A stretch of DNA of 46,135 nucleotides. Origin: Verrucomicrobiota bacterium. GTDB taxonomy: Bacteria > Verrucomicrobiota > Lentisphaeria > Lentisphaerales > Lentisphaeraceae. How positions within the stretch are numbered: position 1 is the stretch's first letter; the number at the start of each line of letters is the position of its first letter. This document shows, piece after piece, positions 45,201 through 46,135 of the stretch. The notes below the pieces were generated by a model. The model searched no databases, was not told the origin of the DNA, and saw only the letters and a program-made list of their open reading frames with translations. The DNA lies in NCBI GenBank assembly GCA_039798785.1, contig JBDKFG010000034.1:1-46135 (forward strand), in the 5' to 3' direction. A program made the position numbers and the translations under genes.

Positions 45201-45824
45201 GACGATGGTGGTGTCGGCGACAGCCAATTCACCGCTGAAGCCGGCGAGGCGGATGGTGGCGGTCTGGATGGCGCCAGTGCTGACTTCAAGTGTGTCATCG
45301 GCAGCGGAGGTGCTGTCATCGGACGCAGCGACATCGGCGCCGGTGCTGGCGGCGAGAGCGGCGACAAAAGCCGCACCCTGAGTGCCGGCGGCGACATCGC
45401 AGCCGTAAACCAGAATATCGGCGTTCGCGGTGAGGGCGGCCTTCCAAGCGGAGGTGGCGGCCACATTTGAGCTCTCGAGTGTCGAGGAGCCGAGATTCAA
45501 AGAACCTTCGGAGCCGTGGGAAATGATGTGGATGGCGCTGACGTTGGAGCGGGAGGCGAGGATAGCGGAGATCTGGGCGACGCCGTCGGTGCCGGCTTCA
45601 AGGGTGAAGACTTCGGCATTGGCGGGGATGTTGGCAAGGAGAGAGGCGGCGTCAGCCACGGCAGAATCGATAAAGACCAATTCGGAAGTCGACACTGCAG
45701 CTTCTGCAGGCTGCGACTCGACAGCGGCGATCACGGCGACTTGATCGTCGACAGGAGCCACCGACATGAGGATGCGTTCTTCAAGGTTCTCGAAGGAGGG
45801 ACGGTCTTGATTGCGGTCGAGCAT
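39207..45824 (-). CDS. LEPRxLL-motif, DUF4347 and VCBS-repeat giant surface protein (~2205 aa)
   Basis: FENLEERILMS; ELVFIDS...IHIISHG...DILVYGCDVA (DUF4347); many GTYGT..V...G.WTYTL / ITG.ND.P VCBS repeats; ATG 45824 has a GGAG SD (ORF-track TTG 45848 less likely). Confidence 0.9.
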   Translation of the reverse strand: MLDRNQDRPSFENLEERILMSVAPVDDQVAVIAAVESQPAEAAVSTSELVFIDSAVADAASLLANIPANAEVFTLEAGTDGVAQISAILASRSNVSAIHIISHGSEGSLNLGSSTLESSNVAATSAWKAALTANADILVYGCDVAAGTQGAAFVAALAASTGADVAASDDSTSAADDTLEVSTGAIQTATIRLAGFSGELAVADTTIVVQDNEDDFNGYNFTPADFGMASGNTLTIITNTTNASTGRLLLFGNVLSGPVTLDYADVLGALTFDVVGAVNANAVADYSFTYSVNGGATKNAAVDIHTAPTVTADTTYTADNAGYVALTLNDFGTYADAIDLNALNRIRITGVASGNITLAYGASNIAVASGEFTLTQISGGKLKYNAASGATTTVVNFQVADSEGRWSTQQTLTINVIDLVGAVRESGNFDNGTVDAGTNTDTGAVGAGWSTSTTGTYGTGSIVGNNWNYALNNGNSTVNALAEGQSITDSFVIVNGSNSATVTVVITGTNDSPTASNVTGPTYTDTAGDDTFASTSGTFTASDVDTGATSTFTGTSTGTYGTLTVNTNGTYTFVPNDAAIEALTANTTEVFNVLVTDDKGASTAFTYTINLVGANDTPVTSGSYSGSVVEAGILFPTAGTVSAGTPTATGDANYSDRDTAQPQDAWTSVTAGAATIGAYGTYGVTAAGVWTYTLDNANATVQALDIGATLTDTFTISPTNGGISAQTVTITITGQNDAPTGTNVSTTIADTAANDTFTNPTGTFVGSDVDDTSSELSYTTNTTVGTYGTLTLSSNGTYTYSVNDAAVEALTANASDVFTITVTDDNGATGSFTYTVNFTGADDTPVTSGSFSGTVVEAGILNPTAGTVSAGTSTVSGDANYSDRDTAQAQDVWTAAGPAAATTNGYGTFAVTTSGVWTFTLDNANAAVQALDLGATLVDTFTISPTNGGIGGQTVTITINGQNDAPTGTNSTGTITDTAADDTFANLTGTFTANDVDDTAGELTYATNTTVGTYGTFSVLSGGGYTYTPNDAAIEALTANASDTFTITVTDDNGATGTFTYTVNITGANDTPVFTGSYSGTVIESGYVSAGTSTVSGDANYSDRDTAQAQDVWTAAGPSAVTIGGYGSYAVTTSGVWTYTLSNGNAAVDGLDDTETLTDTFTITPTNGSAQTVTVTINGQNDAPVGTSATGTVNDTAATGGTLTDLTGNFVATDVDVEPLTFTGTSTQTYGTLTVNTDGSYTYNPNEAAVDALGAGQSATETFTISVSDGTVTSTFTYTVTINGTNDTPVVSTDGSTGAVTEAGYGVAGTATSTGNASYTDADGQNDVWTATSASTTYGSYTVDSAGAWTYTLDNTLNATQALDVGDAPTDTFTLVGTDGATRIVTITVTGTNDGPTGSNVTGPTYTDTSADDTFTTSNGTFTASDVDDTAGQLTYTGTSTGTYGTLTVNADGTYSYVPVDAAIEELKSGTYTDVFTITVTDDNGATGTYTYTVNIVAADDTPDYSGVSTGAVTEAGAANAGTPTSSGDLNFTDRDLADPDDTWTSVTAGAATVGGYGTYGLTAAGVWTYTLDNTNSAVNSLDDTETLTDTFVVTASTGAETTVTITINGQNDAPTASNDVYVVEVGDTLTVSTVSAGILGNDTDVDIETITASITAGISNGTLTMSSNGTFTYNTTGGTPAVGDSTYTFTYVANDGTVNSSPATVSINVVAALVVTHVGDDIVAGPDSLANASLNQQDAFVVNVAGAQAGSTIGFKINGVALAPSAITSLGSGNYQLDLTSIADTPADLTSADIPGGVWANNGDEELSIVAVETNVAGGWTRESKTVNSLTADFDNSAAAPGVTLPAMSAMNAWNYTISGTAEAFATVEITSITSTGGAGPIAPGGILPTYPIVVQANAAGVWTTNVNLANLPDGTLTVVTKQTDYAGNVSSNSSTMITKNTNDISTVGVGDVTPANKSAYRISGYAKPGAQVQVTIATKNSVIVTADAQTGAWSTTINFGTYAATNGTALVVTMKQTPSGGTAIITSNSASPAIAYRTTNATVPTRSVGSTAVSTYTISGTAAGSTVVGSPVTIVLQINNGRTLVLSTTTTTAGGAYSLTVDLSSLASAGNTVTAWVYYRDNSGSALTSGRQGQAASITTTLTTAEESSMIEEFRSMQDSDGLIDWAKATHKPVAGDDLAWADFMQRPSLSDALSIEVDAFRS
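42505..43879 (-). repeat. Near-identical internal repeats (period 660 and 681 bp, two VCBS domains per unit)
   Basis: gcggtgtcgcggtcgctgtagttggcgtcgccgg recurs at 42505, 43165 and 43846. Confidence 0.85.
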
Positions 45825-45895
45825 GAGGGACTCCGTGGTTTTTTTCAATGTTCAGACGACGATAGAGTTCAGGCTTTTGAAGCCAGTTCCTTCCC

Positions 45896-45924
45896 ATTAT
45901 AGCGCATTGAGTTGATCACTGCAA
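45896..45924 (-). promoter_or_regulatory. Putative sigma70 promoter of the LEPRxLL gene (TTGCAG-17-TATAAT)
   Basis: Perfect -10 and 17-bp spacer read on the minus strand. Confidence 0.65.
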
Positions 45925-46031
45925 GCTGTTTTGAAATCTCTGCGTCAATGTCATAAATCGCCAGAAATTATATTTATAATGCACGCGACAGCCCCCTGAA
46001 GCTTTTTTCACCGCATCCGCCGCTTCCCTGC

Positions 46032-46059
46032 TTGACGGCGTGTCGAGCCGGCCTAAGTT
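46032..46059 (+). promoter_or_regulatory. Putative sigma70 promoter of tRNA (TTGACG-16-TAAGTT)
   Basis: Hexamers just upstream of the tRNA 5' end. Confidence 0.5.
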
Positions 46060-46075
46060 CGAGATCGCATTCGAT

Positions 46076-46135
46076 GGCGAAGTGGCGAAATGGCAGCCGC
46101 AGTTGACTCAAAATCAACCGTCTCACGACTTGCGG
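46076..46135 (+). tRNA. tRNA-Leu(CAA), 3' end truncated by window
   Basis: GGCGAAG-TGGCGAAATGG...; anticodon arm GTTGA-CTCAAAA-TCAAC (CAA at 46109-46111); long variable arm; resembles E. coli leuX. Confidence 0.93.

Noticed and set aside
46076..46135. tRNA-Leu as integration site for an island containing the adhesins
   Set aside because: The tRNA points out of the window, no integrase or att duplicate is seen, and its 3' end is not visible. The D-arm C22 variant is considered minor.

Overview
High-GC bacterial chromosomal segment. It most likely comes from a PVC-superphylum (Lentisphaerae/Verrucomicrobia-like) organism, inferred from a stand-alone 'FTLIELLVV...DGH' prepilin-like protein, a LEPRxLL giant protein and SASA-type esterases. 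Left to right: a 5'-truncated Rpn/PD-(D/E)XK gene with a 21-bp coding repeat; an AT-rich secreted 8-EF-hand gene; a long orphan PrkA/YeaG-like AAA+ gene; two paralogous membrane-anchored helical proteins bracketing a prepilin-like gene, a Trm112-nrdR-ATP-cone-like operon and an STN/OB-fold-like secreted protein; hutG; three tandem hybrid histidine kinases (one with a YfiR-like sensor); a small adhesin-like protein; OYE and YbhB genes; a lipoprotein; rplM-rpsI; two SASA-family esterases (one fused to a Cys/His enzyme-like module); two tandem giant surface proteins (3898 aa and about 2205 aa); and a tRNA-Leu(CAA) cut by the window end. The most notable region is the giant-protein pair. One has four exact 7-blade propeller sets in two ~3.3-kb super-repeats, each ending in an internalised RTX/T1SS-like 'C-terminus'. 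The other has LEPRxLL + DUF4347 (His/Cys intact) and an IDW...WxDF tail. No secretion genes are in the window. All family calls are by motif recognition, not database search.
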